Origin: an uncultured Actinomycetota bacterium
GTDB taxonomy: Bacteria; Actinomycetota; Actinomycetes; CAVWCF01
NCBI GenBank assembly: GCA_963753435.1
Contig: CAVWCF010000001.1
Coordinates: forward strand, 128,001-192,000
DNA: 64,000 nucleotides
Reading direction: 5' to 3'
How positions within the stretch are numbered: the stretch's first letter is position 1; every line of letters starts with the position of its first letter. A program made the translations under genes and the position numbers. The notes under the pieces are model-generated. The model was given only the letters and a program-made list of their open reading frames with translations. It was not told the origin of the DNA and searched no databases. This document shows positions 22,364 to 36,551 of the stretch, piece by piece.

Positions 22364-23655
22364 GCGTGGTGATCCGTGGCGTGCGCCCGTTGGGCGGCGA
22401 ACCGGTCGACTTGGTGCTTGATGGCGAGGTGATCACCGATGTGGTCAAGGCCGGGTCCGGCAGCGGCGCTGAGGTTGTCGACGCCGACGGCCTGGTAGCG
22501 CTGCCCGGGCTGGTGGACCTGCACACGCACCTGCGCGAGCCCGGTGGCGAGGACGCCGAGACCGTCGCGAGCGGCTCGGCGGCAGCGGCGCGCGGCGGAT
22601 TCACGGCGGTGCACGCGATGGCCAACACCGACCCGGTCGCCGACACCGCCGGTGTGGTCGAGCAGGTCTGGCGCCGGGGCCTGGAGGCAGGACTGGTCGA
22701 TGTGCGTCCGGTCGGGGCGGTGACCGTTGGCCTTCGTGGCGAGCAACTGGCCGAACTCGGCGCGATGGCGGACTCGGCCGCCGGGGTACGGGTCTTCAGC
22801 GATGACGGGCGCTGCGTCTGGGACGCCGTCTTGATGCGGCGGGCCCTGGAGTACGTCAAAGCCTTCGACGGTGTCATCGCCCAACACGCGCAAGAACCGC
22901 GGCTGACCGACGCCGCGCAGATGAACGAGGGCGAGATGTCGGCGCGACTCGGCCTGCGTGGCTGGCCGGCCGTCGCCGAAGAGGCGATCATCGCCCGCGA
23001 CGTGCTCCTGGCCCAGCACGTCGGGTCGAGACTGCATGTGTGTCACGTCTCCACCGCCGGGTCGGTGGAGTTGATCCGTTGGGCCAAGTCCAAGGGCATC
23101 CAGGTGACCGCCGAAGTAACGCCGCACCACCTCCTGCTTACCGACGAGCTGGTCAGCAGCTACGACCCGCGCTTCAAGGTCAACCCGCCGCTGCGGACGG
23201 CCACGGATGTGGAAGCCCTGCGAGTCGGTTTGGCCGACGGCACCATTGACGTTGTCGCCACCGACCACGCACCGCACCCGGCCGAGGACAAGGACTGTGA
23301 GTGGACCGCTGCCGCCTTCGGAATGACCGGGTTGGAGACTGCGCTCTCGGTGGTGTTGGCCACCATGGTTGAGGAGGACAGGTTGGACTACGCGGGCGTC
23401 GCGGACCGGATGTCGTTCCGGCCGGCGGCGATCGGTGGACTGACCGGGCATGGACGGCCGCTGGCAGCAGGCGAGCCGGCGAACCTGGTTCTGCTGGACC
23501 CCGCGGCAGTGCGCGTCATCGACCCCCTCGACACTGCCAGCGCGAGCCGAAACACTCCGTTCGCGGGCCACAAACTCCCCGGACGAGTCGTAGCCACCTA
23601 CCTGCGCGGCAAGGCAACTGTTCGCGACGGCCAGGTACAGGAGGTGGCCGGGTGA
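22360..23655 (+). CDS. pyrC: Dihydroorotase
   Basis: [24 protein letters not shown]. Confidence 0.97.
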
Positions 23656-24769
23656 CCGAGGCGCTTCTTGTCCTTGAGGACGGCCGGTCGTTCCGTGGGC
23701 GGTCGTTCGGTGCCGTTGGGGAGACGTTCGGCGAGGCGGTCTTCAACACTGGCATGACCGGGTACCAGGAGACGCTGACGGACCCCTCGTACCACCGCCA
23801 AGTCGTGGTCATGACCGCGCCGCACATCGGCAACACCGGCGTCAACGACGAGGATCCCGAGTCCGAGCGCATCTGGGTGTCCGGCTACGTGGTCCGCGAT
23901 CCGGCGATCCGGCAGTCCAACTGGCGTGCACAGGGCAGCCTCGACGATGACCTGGCTGCGCACGGTGTGGTGGGGATCCGCGACATAGACACCCGCGCTC
24001 TCACCCGGCATCTGCGCGAGCGCGGGGCGATGCGAGTGGGTATCTCCAGCGCCGGGGTCACCGAAGCCGATCTGCTGGCGCGCGTCCAGGACAGCCCCGG
24101 GATGGCCGGAGCGAACCTGACCGCCGAAGTCACCACGGCCCGGCCGTACGTGGTGCCAGCCGTTGGTGAGCACAAGTACACGGTCGCCGCCATCGACCTG
24201 GGCATCAAGCGGATGACGCCCAAGCGCATGGCCGAGCGGGGGATGACGGTGCACGTGCTGCCCGCCAGCAGCACCCTCGCCGACGTGCAGGCGATCGGAG
24301 CCGACGGTGTCTTCTTCTCCAACGGTCCCGGCGACCCAGCTGCTGCGGACGCGGCGGTCGAGCTCATGCGAGCCACGCTGGATGCGCAGATCCCCATCTT
24401 CGGGATTTGTTTCGGCAACCAGATCCTCGGCCGCGCCCTCGGATTCGGTACCTACAAACTGCGCTACGGCCATCGCGGTATCAACCAGCCAGTGGCCGAT
24501 CGGGCCACCGGCCGGGTCGAGATAACCGCGCACAATCACGGGTTTGCCGTGGATGCGCCGCTGTCGGCAACCACGGAGTCTCCGGCCGATACCCGCTACG
24601 GCCGAGTAGCGGTCAGCCATGTCTGCCTCAACGACGACGTCGTTGAAGGCTTGGCCTGCCTCGACGTGCCGGCCTTCAGCGTGCAGTACCACCCAGAGGC
24701 GGCGGCGGGTCCGCATGATTCGGACTACCTGTTCGACCGGTTCGCTCAGCTCATCGAGACGAGCCGCTG

Positions 24770-24770
<1 letters not shown>
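23652..24770 (+). CDS. carA: Carbamoyl-phosphate synthase small subunit
   Basis: [30 protein letters not shown]. Confidence 0.98.
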
Positions 24771-28059
<3,289 letters not shown>

Positions 28060-28060
<1 letters not shown>

Positions 28061-28908
28061 TGCCGGTTCAGGTGAATGGCACCGTCCTTTCGGTCCGTCG
28101 GGTGGGGGCGTACACCTTGCTCACCCTCGTCGCTCCTGGGGTAGCGGCCGAGGCGCGCCCGGGGCAGTTCGTGGCACTCAGCGTCGGGGGACCTACTTCC
28201 GCGCACATCCTGCGCCGAGCTTTCTCGATCCATCGCGTCGCTGAACGTGGCGTCTACGGCGGCACCGTTGAGATCGTGGTCAGCCCCCACGGCCCGGGGA
28301 CCAGGTGGTTGGCCGGACTGCGACAGCACGACAACGTGAACGTGGTCGGGCCGATGGGGCGGGGGTTCGTACTGCCCAAGCAGGCGGTCAACGCAACCCT
28401 GGTTGGCGGTGGCTACGGCAGTGCACCGCTGTTCATGCTCGCCGAGCAGTTGCGTGAGCGCGGTTGTCGCGTGGACTTCGTGCTAGGCGCGGCGACGGAG
28501 GGTCGACTCTTCGGTGTGCTTGAAGCCAAGCGCGTCTCCACCGTGGTGACGATCACCACCGAGGACGGCTCCCTGGGGGAGACCGGGCGGGTCTCGGACG
28601 TGCTGCCCGGGCTGCTGGACAAGTCCGAGTCAGAAGTCGTCTACGCCTGCGGCCCGATGCCGATGCTGCAGGCCGTCGCGCAGATCGCCGACCATTACGG
28701 CGCGCACAGCCAGTGCGCCGTGGAGGAGTCCATGGCATGCGGCGTGGGCGTGTGCATGACCTGCGTATTGCCCGTGGTCGGCGCCGACGGTCAGACCCGG
28801 ATGGTTCGTTCGTGCGTCGAGGGCCCGGTATTCGACGGGGAACGAGTGCGCTGGAGTGAGGCCGGCACCGTGCCCGCGGACGCGCTCGGAGCCGGAGGGG
28901 GCCACTGA
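28060..28908 (+). CDS. pyrK: Dihydroorotate dehydrogenase electron transfer subunit
   Basis: RRAFSI, GGGYGSAP, YACGP, EESMACGVGVCMTC...C (2Fe-2S). Confidence 0.92.
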
Positions 28909-29921
28909 TGACCAAGTTCAACGTTGCCGCTGCCGCCCCACACTCCGACTCGTTGCCGGCAGTAGACATGACCGCCTCGGTCGGCGGCGCCCTGTTGCCG
29001 CAACCGGTGCTCACTGCCTCGGGGTGCGCCGCGGCGGGCCGGGAACTCGATCAGTTCTTCGACATCACTGAGATCGGCGCCATCGTCACCAAGTCGGTGA
29101 TGCTCGCTCCCCGCGCCGGCCGACCGACGCCGCGGATGGCCGAGACGCCAAGCGGCATGCTGAACTCGATTGGGCTACAAGGCCCCGGGATAGATGCGTT
29201 CATCGCCAACGACCTGCGGTGGTTGCGCGAACGCGGCGCCCGGACCGTCGTGTCGATCGCAGGCGGCACCGTCGAGGAGTACCAGCGACTCGCCCAGCGG
29301 TTGCGGCACGTCGAGGAGCTGACCGCGATCGAGGTCAACATCTCCTGCCCCAACGTGGAAGACCGCGGCCAGGTGTTCGCCTGTGATCCATATGCCGCGG
29401 CGGAGGTGGTGGCCGCGGTCCGGCGTGCCAGCGATCCGCGGGTCCCGGTGTTGGCGAAGTTGTCCCCGGACGTGACCGACATCGTGGCAATCGCGCATTC
29501 AGTGGTGGACGCCGGTGCCGACGGACTGTCGATGATCAACACCCTGCTCGGCATGGCCATCGACACCCAGACGATGCGCCCGTTGTTGGGCGGCATTACC
29601 GGTGGCTTGTCCGGGCCGGCCATTCGACCCGTCGCGGTGCGCGCCGTTTGGCAGGTGCACGCGGCGCTGCCGACTGTGCCGATCCTGGGCATGGGCGGCA
29701 TCCGCAACGGGATGGACGCGCTTGAGTTCGTGCTGGCCGGGGCCAGTGCGGTCAGCGTCGGTACGACGGTCTTTGGGGACCCGTCGGCGCCGGTGCGGAT
29801 CCAGCGCGAGTTGCAGCAAGCGCTGGCGGAGCGTGGCTTCGAGCGACTTCAGGACGCCGTGGGGTACGCCCATCGTCCGGTGGAGTTGGAGGAGCAACCG
29901 GAAGTCAACGGTGATTCATGA
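28908..29921 (+). CDS. pyrD: Dihydroorotate dehydrogenase (class 1B)
   Basis: TASGC, NSIGLQ, EVNISCPN, KLSP, GGLSGPAIRP. Confidence 0.96.
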   Translation: MTKFNVAAAAPHSDSLPAVDMTASVGGALLPQPVLTASGCAAAGRELDQFFDITEIGAIVTKSVMLAPRAGRPTPRMAETPSGMLNSIGLQGPGIDAFIANDLRWLRERGARTVVSIAGGTVEEYQRLAQRLRHVEELTAIEVNISCPNVEDRGQVFACDPYAAAEVVAAVRRASDPRVPVLAKLSPDVTDIVAIAHSVVDAGADGLSMINTLLGMAIDTQTMRPLLGGITGGLSGPAIRPVAVRAVWQVHAALPTVPILGMGGIRNGMDALEFVLAGASAVSVGTTVFGDPSAPVRIQRELQQALAERGFERLQDAVGYAHRPVELEEQPEVNGDS

Positions 29922-30601
29922 AGGCGCCCATCGCCGTCGCCTTGGATGCACCCGATCTGCAAACCGCCGTCGCGTGGGCCGGAGCCTGTCGTAACAGCGT
30001 CAGCACCTTGAAAGTGGGACTGGAGACCTACCTTCGGGACGGTGCCGCCGGGGTCGCTGCGATCCGTGCGGCTGCCCCTGACTGCGACCTGTTCCTGGAC
30101 CTGAAGCTGCATGACATCCCCAACACCGTGGCCGGCGCTGCTCGCTCGATCGCGTCGCTACGGCCGGATCTGTTGACCGTCCACGCATCCGGCGGACCGG
30201 CGATGATCCAAGCCGCTGCTGAGGCGCTTCCAAACACGAAGATCACCGCGGTGACCGTTCTCACGTCGATGAGCGAAGGGGACGTGCAGGCCGTCGGCTG
30301 GGCCGGGACGGCCGAGGAGACCGTTTTGCAGTTGGCCCGGCTCGCAGTTTCATCTGGGGCTCGCGCGCTGGTCTGCTCACCGGCCGAAGTGGGCTCGGTG
30401 CGCGCCGCAGTCGGCGCCGGCGTCACCCTGGTGACTCCGGGTGTGCGGCCGGTGGGCGCGGCCGCTGGTGACCAGGTTCGGGTTACGACTCCGGCGCAGG
30501 CGCTGGCCGACGGCGCGGACCTACTTGTTATCGGCAGGCCGATCACGGCGGCGGCGGACCCGGAGACTGCGGCCGCCGCCATCGCCGCAAGCCTGGCCTG
30601 A
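29918..30601 (+). CDS. pyrF: Orotidine-5'-phosphate decarboxylase
   Basis: VALD, LKVG, FLDLKLHDIPNTV, TPGVRP, VIGRPI. Confidence 0.97.
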   Translation: MKAPIAVALDAPDLQTAVAWAGACRNSVSTLKVGLETYLRDGAAGVAAIRAAAPDCDLFLDLKLHDIPNTVAGAARSIASLRPDLLTVHASGGPAMIQAAAEALPNTKITAVTVLTSMSEGDVQAVGWAGTAEETVLQLARLAVSSGARALVCSPAEVGSVRAAVGAGVTLVTPGVRPVGAAAGDQVRVTTPAQALADGADLLVIGRPITAAADPETAAAAIAASLA

Positions 30602-30690
30602 GGTGCAGCACCGGCCACGTTGCCGCCGGTGCTGCCGCGTCGCTAGGTTCGTCTTGTCCGAGCAGGCCGTTGTCGTAAGGAGGAGGACAG

Positions 30691-31011
30691 GTGGCGCTAC
30701 CGCCCTTGACCCCCGAACAACGCCAAGCCGCCCTGGCCAAAGCCGCGGACGCACGCCGTGAACGCGCGGCGGTCAAGAGTCGGCTGAAGCATTCGGGGGC
30801 TTCGCTCAGCGACGTCCTGGCCGACGGCGGCAGCAACGAAGTCATCGGCCGCATGAGAGTGGCTGCCCTGCTGGAGGCCATGCCCGGCGTGGGCAAGGTC
30901 AAGGCCGCGGAGATCATGCAGCGGATCGGCATCGCCGAAGGGCGCCGGGTCGGGGGCCTGGGCAAGCACCAGATTGCGGCGTTGCGGCGGGAATTCGGAG
31001 AGCAGCCCTGA
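30691..31011 (+). CDS. mihF: Actinobacterial integration host factor
   Basis: [11 protein letters not shown]...[13 protein letters not shown]...RRVGGLG; AGGAGG SD; mihF-gmk-rpoZ synteny. Confidence 0.95.
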   Translation: MALPPLTPEQRQAALAKAADARRERAAVKSRLKHSGASLSDVLADGGSNEVIGRMRVAALLEAMPGVGKVKAAEIMQRIGIAEGRRVGGLGKHQIAALRREFGEQP

Positions 31012-31574
31012 CCGCTCGGCTGACTGTGCTGTCCGGCCCGTCCGGAGCAGGCAAGTCCACAGTCGTTGCGGAGTTGCTGCGGACGCATCCGGAGGTCTGG
31101 CTTTCGGTCTCGGCGACTACCCGCGCGCCGCGGCCGGGGGAGCGCGACGGGGAGCACTACTTCTTCGTCGATGAGGACACGTTCGACGCTTGGGTCCGCG
31201 AAGGCCGAATGCTGGAGTGGGCGCAGTTCGCCGGGCATCGGTATGGCACCCCGGCCGGTCCGGTCGCCGAGCGGCTGCAATCGGAGGTACCAGTACTGCT
31301 GGAGATCGAACTCGAAGGTGCCCGACAGGTGCGTCGGGCCGCCCCGGATGCGCTGCTGGTGTTCCTGACTGCCCCCGACGAGGCTGAACTTCGCCGCCGG
31401 CTGCTGGATCGCGGCACCGAGACTCCGGACGCCGCGCAGCGGCGGCTGGCCCGGGCTGAGGCGGAACTGGCTGCGGCCGGCGAGTTCGATGAGGTCATCG
31501 TCAACGACGACGTCGGCCGGGCCACGGCTGCGCTGGTAGGCTTCATGGGTCTAAACGGCGACGGCAATGAGTGA
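31008..31574 (+). CDS. gmk: Guanylate kinase (probable CTG start at 31008; first canonical start is GTG 31026)
   Basis: (L)[34 protein letters not shown]. Confidence 0.95.
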   Translation: MTARLTVLSGPSGAGKSTVVAELLRTHPEVWLSVSATTRAPRPGERDGEHYFFVDEDTFDAWVREGRMLEWAQFAGHRYGTPAGPVAERLQSEVPVLLEIELEGARQVRRAAPDALLVFLTAPDEAELRRRLLDRGTETPDAAQRRLARAEAELAAAGEFDEVIVNDDVGRATAALVGFMGLNGDGNE

Positions 31575-31633
31575 CGGCAGTTCGGTCACCGAAGTCAGCG
31601 CCTAATTGGTTTCCTCCTACGGAAGGTGTCCGC

Positions 31634-31894
31634 GTGTCCGCAGCGGGTTCCACTGCCGGCATCACCCACCCGCCCATTGAGTCGCTGGTCGACAAGGCCG
31701 GGTCCAAGTACGCGCTGGTCCTGTACTCGGCCAAGCGTGCGCGGCAGATCAACGCGTACTACAGCCAGTTGGGCGAAGGCCTGTTGGAGTACGTCGGACC
31801 GTTGGTCGAGACCCACGTCCAGGAGAAGCCACTGTCCGTCGCGCTGCGCGAAATCGACGGGGACCTGCTCGAGCTGCAGCGCGAGGAGGCCTGA
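31634..31894 (+). CDS. rpoZ: RNA polymerase omega subunit
   Basis: GITHPPI...[16 protein letters not shown]...[11 protein letters not shown]; GTG 31634 with GGAAGG SD. Confidence 0.96.
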   Translation: MSAAGSTAGITHPPIESLVDKAGSKYALVLYSAKRARQINAYYSQLGEGLLEYVGPLVETHVQEKPLSVALREIDGDLLELQREEA

Positions 31895-31905
31895 CCTAAC
31901 CGGCC

Positions 31906-33162
31906 ATGTCCGGTGATGGGGGCGCGCCGAGGGTCATCCTCGGCGTCGGCGGCGGGATAGCCGCATACAAAGCTGCGGAGCTACTCCGTCTGCTCACCGA
32001 GTCCGGGCACGACGTTCATGTCGTCCCCACAACGGCTGCCCTTCGCTTCGTCGGAGAGCCCACCTGGGCTGCCCTTTCGGGAAATCCGGTCGGCACCGAC
32101 GTATTCGAGGATGTCCACTCCGTTCCCCACGTGCGGCTGGGGCAACGGGCCGATTTGGTTCTGGTCGCGCCGGCGACGGCGGACCTGATTGCCAAGGCTG
32201 CAGCCGGCCTGGCCGGTGATTTGCTCGGCAACATCTTGCTGACCGCCCGTTGTCCGGTCGTCTTTGCGCCGGCCATGCACACAGAAATGTGGGAGCACCC
32301 GGCCACCCGGGCCAACGTGGCGACCTTGCGTGACCGCGGCGTGATCGTCCTGGAGCCCGCCAGTGGGCGGTTGACCGGCAGCGACACTGGGCCTGGTCGC
32401 CTTCCCGAGGCGGTCGAGATCTTCGATGCTGCGCGCGCTTTGCTTGCCAGGCCGAGTGCGGAGGCGGACCTCCACGGCCGCAGCGTCGTGGTTAGCGCCG
32501 GCGGGACACGCGAGCCCATCGACCCGGTGCGATTCCTGGGAAACCGGTCATCCGGACGTCAGGGATTCGCTTTGGCGGCGGCTGCGGCCCGGCGGGGAGC
32601 TGAAGTGACTTTGGTGGCGGCAAACACCCATTTGCCCGTACCTGCCGGGGTGCGGTTGGTGGCGGTCGAGACCGCTGCACAGATGCGCTCAGCGGTGCTC
32701 GCAGCCGCCGATCACGCCGACGCGGTTGTAATGGCTGCCGCCGTGGCGGACTTCCGTCCGGTTGTGGTGGCCGAGCACAAGGTGAAGAAGACGGGTGCAG
32801 AGCCCGCACCGCTGCGGTTGGAGCGCACGGATGACGTGTTGGCGGCGCTGGTCGAGCGACGGGGCGCCGGACAAGTGCTGGTCGGGTTCGCCGCGGAGAC
32901 CCCACAGCCAGATCTCGGCGTTGAGGAGTTGGGCCGGGCGAAACTGGCGGCCAAAGGGTGCGACCTGCTCGTGGTCAACGAGGTAGGCCCGGACAAGGTC
33001 TTCGACAAGCCCGACACCGAGGCGGTGATCCTCGGTTCCGACGGGACGCGGATCGAATCCGGTCCCGGGCCCAAGGAAGCCCTGGCCGATTTGGTTTGGG
33101 ATGCCGTTGTGGCTCGGTGGTCCGGCCCCACGGACCAGGTGGTGACGTCTCCCGTTGAGTGA
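31906..33162 (+). CDS. coaBC: Bifunctional phosphopantothenoylcysteine decarboxylase/ligase
   Basis: GGGIAAYK, APAMHTEM, TREPIDPVRFLGNRSSG, GFAAET. Confidence 0.97.
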   Translation: MSGDGGAPRVILGVGGGIAAYKAAELLRLLTESGHDVHVVPTTAALRFVGEPTWAALSGNPVGTDVFEDVHSVPHVRLGQRADLVLVAPATADLIAKAAAGLAGDLLGNILLTARCPVVFAPAMHTEMWEHPATRANVATLRDRGVIVLEPASGRLTGSDTGPGRLPEAVEIFDAARALLARPSAEADLHGRSVVVSAGGTREPIDPVRFLGNRSSGRQGFALAAAAARRGAEVTLVAANTHLPVPAGVRLVAVETAAQMRSAVLAAADHADAVVMAAAVADFRPVVVAEHKVKKTGAEPAPLRLERTDDVLAALVERRGAGQVLVGFAAETPQPDLGVEELGRAKLAAKGCDLLVVNEVGPDKVFDKPDTEAVILGSDGTRIESGPGPKEALADLVWDAVVARWSGPTDQVVTSPVE

Positions 33163-33240
33163 CGGCGGTCGCAGTTAGACTCCGCCGAAGTTGATCGGGG
33201 CGCATAACGTCGGGGCGCAGTCCAACGAGAGGTGCATGAC

Positions 33241-34431
33241 ATGGGGCGGCTGTTCACATCGGAGTCGGTTACCGAAGGCCATCCCGACAAGATCGCCGAT
33301 CAGATCAGCGACAGCATCTTGGATGCCCTGCTCAAGGACGACCCAAGTGCCCGGGTCGCGTGCGAGACGCTTATCACCACCGGTCTGGTGCACGTCGCCG
33401 GCGAGGTAACCACCAGCGCCTGGGCCGACATCCCCGAAATCGTTCGCGAAGTCATCCTTGGTATCGGCTACGACTCCTCCAAGAAGGGGTTCGACGGAGC
33501 CTCTTGTGGTGTCAGCGTCAGCATTGACAAGCAGAGCCCGGACATCGCCGCCGGAGTGGACGACGCATACGAGGAGCGTGTCGATCACTCCGCGGACCCG
33601 CTGGACCGGCAGGGGGCCGGCGACCAGGGGTTGATGTTCGGCTACGCCTGCCAGGACACTCCGGAATTGATGCCGCTGCCGATCGCGCTGGCGCATCGAC
33701 TGTCCCGGCGCCTGGCCGTGGTGCGAAAGAGCGGTGAGATCCCGTACCTGCGGCCGGATGGCAAGACGCAGGTGACCATCGAGTACGACGGCGACACCCC
33801 GGTCCGCGTGGACACGGTGGTGCTGTCCACGCAGCACGCTGCCGACATCGACCTGGCCACACTGCTTGCGCCGGACGTGGCCGAACTGGTGATCCAGCCG
33901 GAGCTTGCCGCGTTGGACCTGGACACCGACTCCGTGCGCATGCTGATCAACCCCACGGGCCGGTTCGAGATCGGCGGTCCGCAGGGGGACGCGGGCCTCA
34001 CCGGCCGCAAGATCATCGTTGACACCTACGGCGGGATGGCCCGCCACGGCGGTGGCGCGTTCAGTGGAAAGGACCCGTCCAAGGTCGACCGGTCCGGTGC
34101 CTATGCGATGCGGTGGGTCGCGAAGAACGTGGTCGCGGCTGGTCTGGCCAAGCGCTGCGAGGTGCAGGTCGCGTACGCGATCGGCGCCGCTCACCCGGTG
34201 GGGCTGTTCGTCGAGACCTTCGGAACCGGGGTCGTGCCCGACGAGCAGATCCAGCAGGCAGTGTTGGCGGTTTTTGACCTCCGTCCGGCAGCGATCATCA
34301 GGGACCTTGACCTACTGCGTCCGATCTACTCCCAAACGTCCGCCTACGGCCACTTCGGTCGGGATCTGCCCGACTTCACGTGGGAGGCCACCACGCGCGC
34401 TGAGGCGCTGAAGGCGGCAGCAGGCAGCTGA
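33241..34431 (+). CDS. metK: S-adenosylmethionine synthetase
   Basis: [28 protein letters not shown]. Confidence 0.99.
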   Translation: MGRLFTSESVTEGHPDKIADQISDSILDALLKDDPSARVACETLITTGLVHVAGEVTTSAWADIPEIVREVILGIGYDSSKKGFDGASCGVSVSIDKQSPDIAAGVDDAYEERVDHSADPLDRQGAGDQGLMFGYACQDTPELMPLPIALAHRLSRRLAVVRKSGEIPYLRPDGKTQVTIEYDGDTPVRVDTVVLSTQHAADIDLATLLAPDVAELVIQPELAALDLDTDSVRMLINPTGRFEIGGPQGDAGLTGRKIIVDTYGGMARHGGGAFSGKDPSKVDRSGAYAMRWVAKNVVAAGLAKRCEVQVAYAIGAAHPVGLFVETFGTGVVPDEQIQQAVLAVFDLRPAAIIRDLDLLRPIYSQTSAYGHFGRDLPDFTWEATTRAEALKAAAGS

Positions 34432-34462
34432 GCGGCCAACTGGACCTAACTGACGGCCGGAC

Positions 34463-34522
34463 GCGGTACCGGAAGTGGTGCCAGAGGTTGTGCCAGACGT
34501 TGTGCCAGACGATGTGACAGAC
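34463..34522. repeat. Degenerate 12-bp tandem repeat (about 5 units, core GTTGTGCCAGAC) at the priA 5' end
   Basis: gcggtaccggaa/gtggtgccagag/gttgtgccagac/gttgtgccagac/gatgtgacagac. Confidence 0.8.
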
Positions 34523-36493
34523 GAGCAGCTCAGCCTGGCCCTGCCGAAGCCGCGTCGGCGATCGAAGCCACGAGCGGCCGAAGCAACCGCGGCGGAGTTG
34601 CCCGTGGCCCGGGTGGCCGTCGACGTCTCGCTGCCGCACCTGGATCGACCATTCGACTACCGGGTGCCGCAGCGCCTCAGCGAAACCGCCATCCCCGGCG
34701 TACGCGTGCGCGTGCGGTTCGCGGGCGCCTTGCACGACGGCTACGTGCTCGAGCGAACTGCGGAGTCGGAGGTTGCCCGGCTGCAGCCGCTGGAACGGGT
34801 CATCTCGCCGATCCCGGTGGCAACGCCTGAAGTGCTGCAGTTGGCCCGGTCGGTGGCCGACCACTGCGCCGGAACTCTTGCCGACGTCCTGCGCCTTGCG
34901 GTCCCGCCCCGGCACGCCACATCCGAACGGCAACCGCCGGTCGGGCCGGCCGCGCTGTTGGACCCCCCGCCGGCTGGTGTCTGGACGGACTACGACGGCG
35001 GAGCCGGGTACCTGTCGGCCTTGGTTGCGGACGGGCCGGCGCCGCGCGCGTCCTGGCAGGCGCTTTCCGGTCATGGGATGGCGGGGCTGGCAACGGCCGC
35101 GGCCACTGTCGCCGCTGCTGGTCGTGGCGTGTTGATCGTGCTGCCGGATCAGCGCGACGTAGATCTGTGCGGGTCGGCGCTTGCAGAGGTCATGGCGCCG
35201 GGGGCCTGGACGTCCCTGACGCATTCGTTGGGCCCCGCCGAGCGATACCGCCGATTTCTGGCCGTGCTGCGCGGAGATCACCGCTGCGTGATCGGTACTC
35301 GGGCCGCGGGCTTCGCACCAGTTTCCGATCTCGGCCTGATCGCGGTCTGGGACGACGGGGACGACGCGTTGAGCGAACCCCGGTCGCCCTACCCCCATGC
35401 CCGCGACGTTGCCGCCATCCGCGCCCATCAGGGCGGTTGCGCCCTACTTCTGGCTGGTCACGCGGTCAGCACTGACACGGCGCGACTGCTGGAGACGGGT
35501 TGGCTGCGTCCGATCCGGGCCGCAAGGTCCACCGTTCGTGCGCAAACCGCCCGTGTCCGTGTCGTTGGTGACGAGACCGCATCGGACCCGCACGCGCGAG
35601 CGGCCCGCGTCCCAGAGGCGGCGTGGCGGGGGATTCGTAAGGGGCTGGCGTCCGGGCCGGTCCTGGTGCAAACCCCGCGAGCCGGTTATTGGCCCGGGCT
35701 GGCGTGCCGGGGTTGCCGTAGTGCTGCGCGGTGCACGACCTGCTCCGGCCCGCTGGTGGCGGGGTCAGGGCATTCGATCCCGAGTTGTCGGTGGTGCGCC
35801 CGCCCAGCCGGAGCGTGGGCCTGCCCATCCTGCGGGGACACCCGCTGGCGCGCGACCGTCGCCGGAGCCACTCGCACTGCCGAAGAACTCGGGCGGGCGT
35901 TCGCCGGTGTGCGCGTGCGCACTTCGACCGCGGAGCGAGCGCTCGCGCATGTTCCAGATGACCCGGTGTTGGTGGTTTCGACCCCTGGAGTCGAGCCAGT
36001 AGCTGCTGGTGGGTACGCCGCTGCGGTGTTTCTCGATGCCGACCTGGTGCTGTCGCGCGCCGCACTGCGAGTTGACGAGGAGGCGCTGCGTCGGTGGTTG
36101 AACGCGGCCGCGCTGGTTCGCCCTTCGGGAGAAGTGCTGGTCGTGGGCGACTCGGCCTGGGCGCCGGTGCAAGCGCTGGTCCGTTGGGATCCGGAGGGGT
36201 TCGCGAATCGCGAACTCGCAAGCCGGGCGGAGTTGGGGCTGCCACCGGCGCGGCGGGCAGCGGTCCTGACCGGCGCCCCGGACGTCTTGGCGCGCGCCTG
36301 CGCCGACCTGCCCGGTTCCGCACGAGTCCTCGGGCCGGTCGCCGACGGGGAGGGTCGGGATCGGTCGATCGTGACGGTGCAGTGGTCCGAGAGCGCGCAA
36401 CTGGCGCGGCACTTGCATGATGCGCAGGCCGTGGCGACGGCGCGAAAGGAAGGTCCACTTAGCGTGCGCCTGGACCCGGACGACTTGGCCTGA
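34514..36493 (+). CDS. priA: Primosomal protein N' (actinobacterial type, degenerate helicase motifs)
   Basis: PHLDRPFDY, RVRVRFAG, four CxxC pairs; start uncertain (GTG 34475-34514). Confidence 0.93.
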   Translation: MTDEQLSLALPKPRRRSKPRAAEATAAELPVARVAVDVSLPHLDRPFDYRVPQRLSETAIPGVRVRVRFAGALHDGYVLERTAESEVARLQPLERVISPIPVATPEVLQLARSVADHCAGTLADVLRLAVPPRHATSERQPPVGPAALLDPPPAGVWTDYDGGAGYLSALVADGPAPRASWQALSGHGMAGLATAAATVAAAGRGVLIVLPDQRDVDLCGSALAEVMAPGAWTSLTHSLGPAERYRRFLAVLRGDHRCVIGTRAAGFAPVSDLGLIAVWDDGDDALSEPRSPYPHARDVAAIRAHQGGCALLLAGHAVSTDTARLLETGWLRPIRAARSTVRAQTARVRVVGDETASDPHARAARVPEAAWRGIRKGLASGPVLVQTPRAGYWPGLACRGCRSAARCTTCSGPLVAGSGHSIPSCRWCARPAGAWACPSCGDTRWRATVAGATRTAEELGRAFAGVRVRTSTAERALAHVPDDPVLVVSTPGVEPVAAGGYAAAVFLDADLVLSRAALRVDEEALRRWLNAAALVRPSGEVLVVGDSAWAPVQALVRWDPEGFANRELASRAELGLPPARRAAVLTGAPDVLARACADLPGSARVLGPVADGEGRDRSIVTVQWSESAQLARHLHDAQAVATARKEGPLSVRLDPDDLA

Positions 36494-36551
36494 GTCGCCG
36501 CAGCGCCTGCCACTTAGACTCTGGCACCGTCGCCGACTTCTGGAGCAGTGC

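Noticed and set aside
34463-34522. Possible mini-CRISPR or iteron array
   Set aside because: The units are 12 bp, contiguous and have no spacers; no cas or rep gene is in the window.
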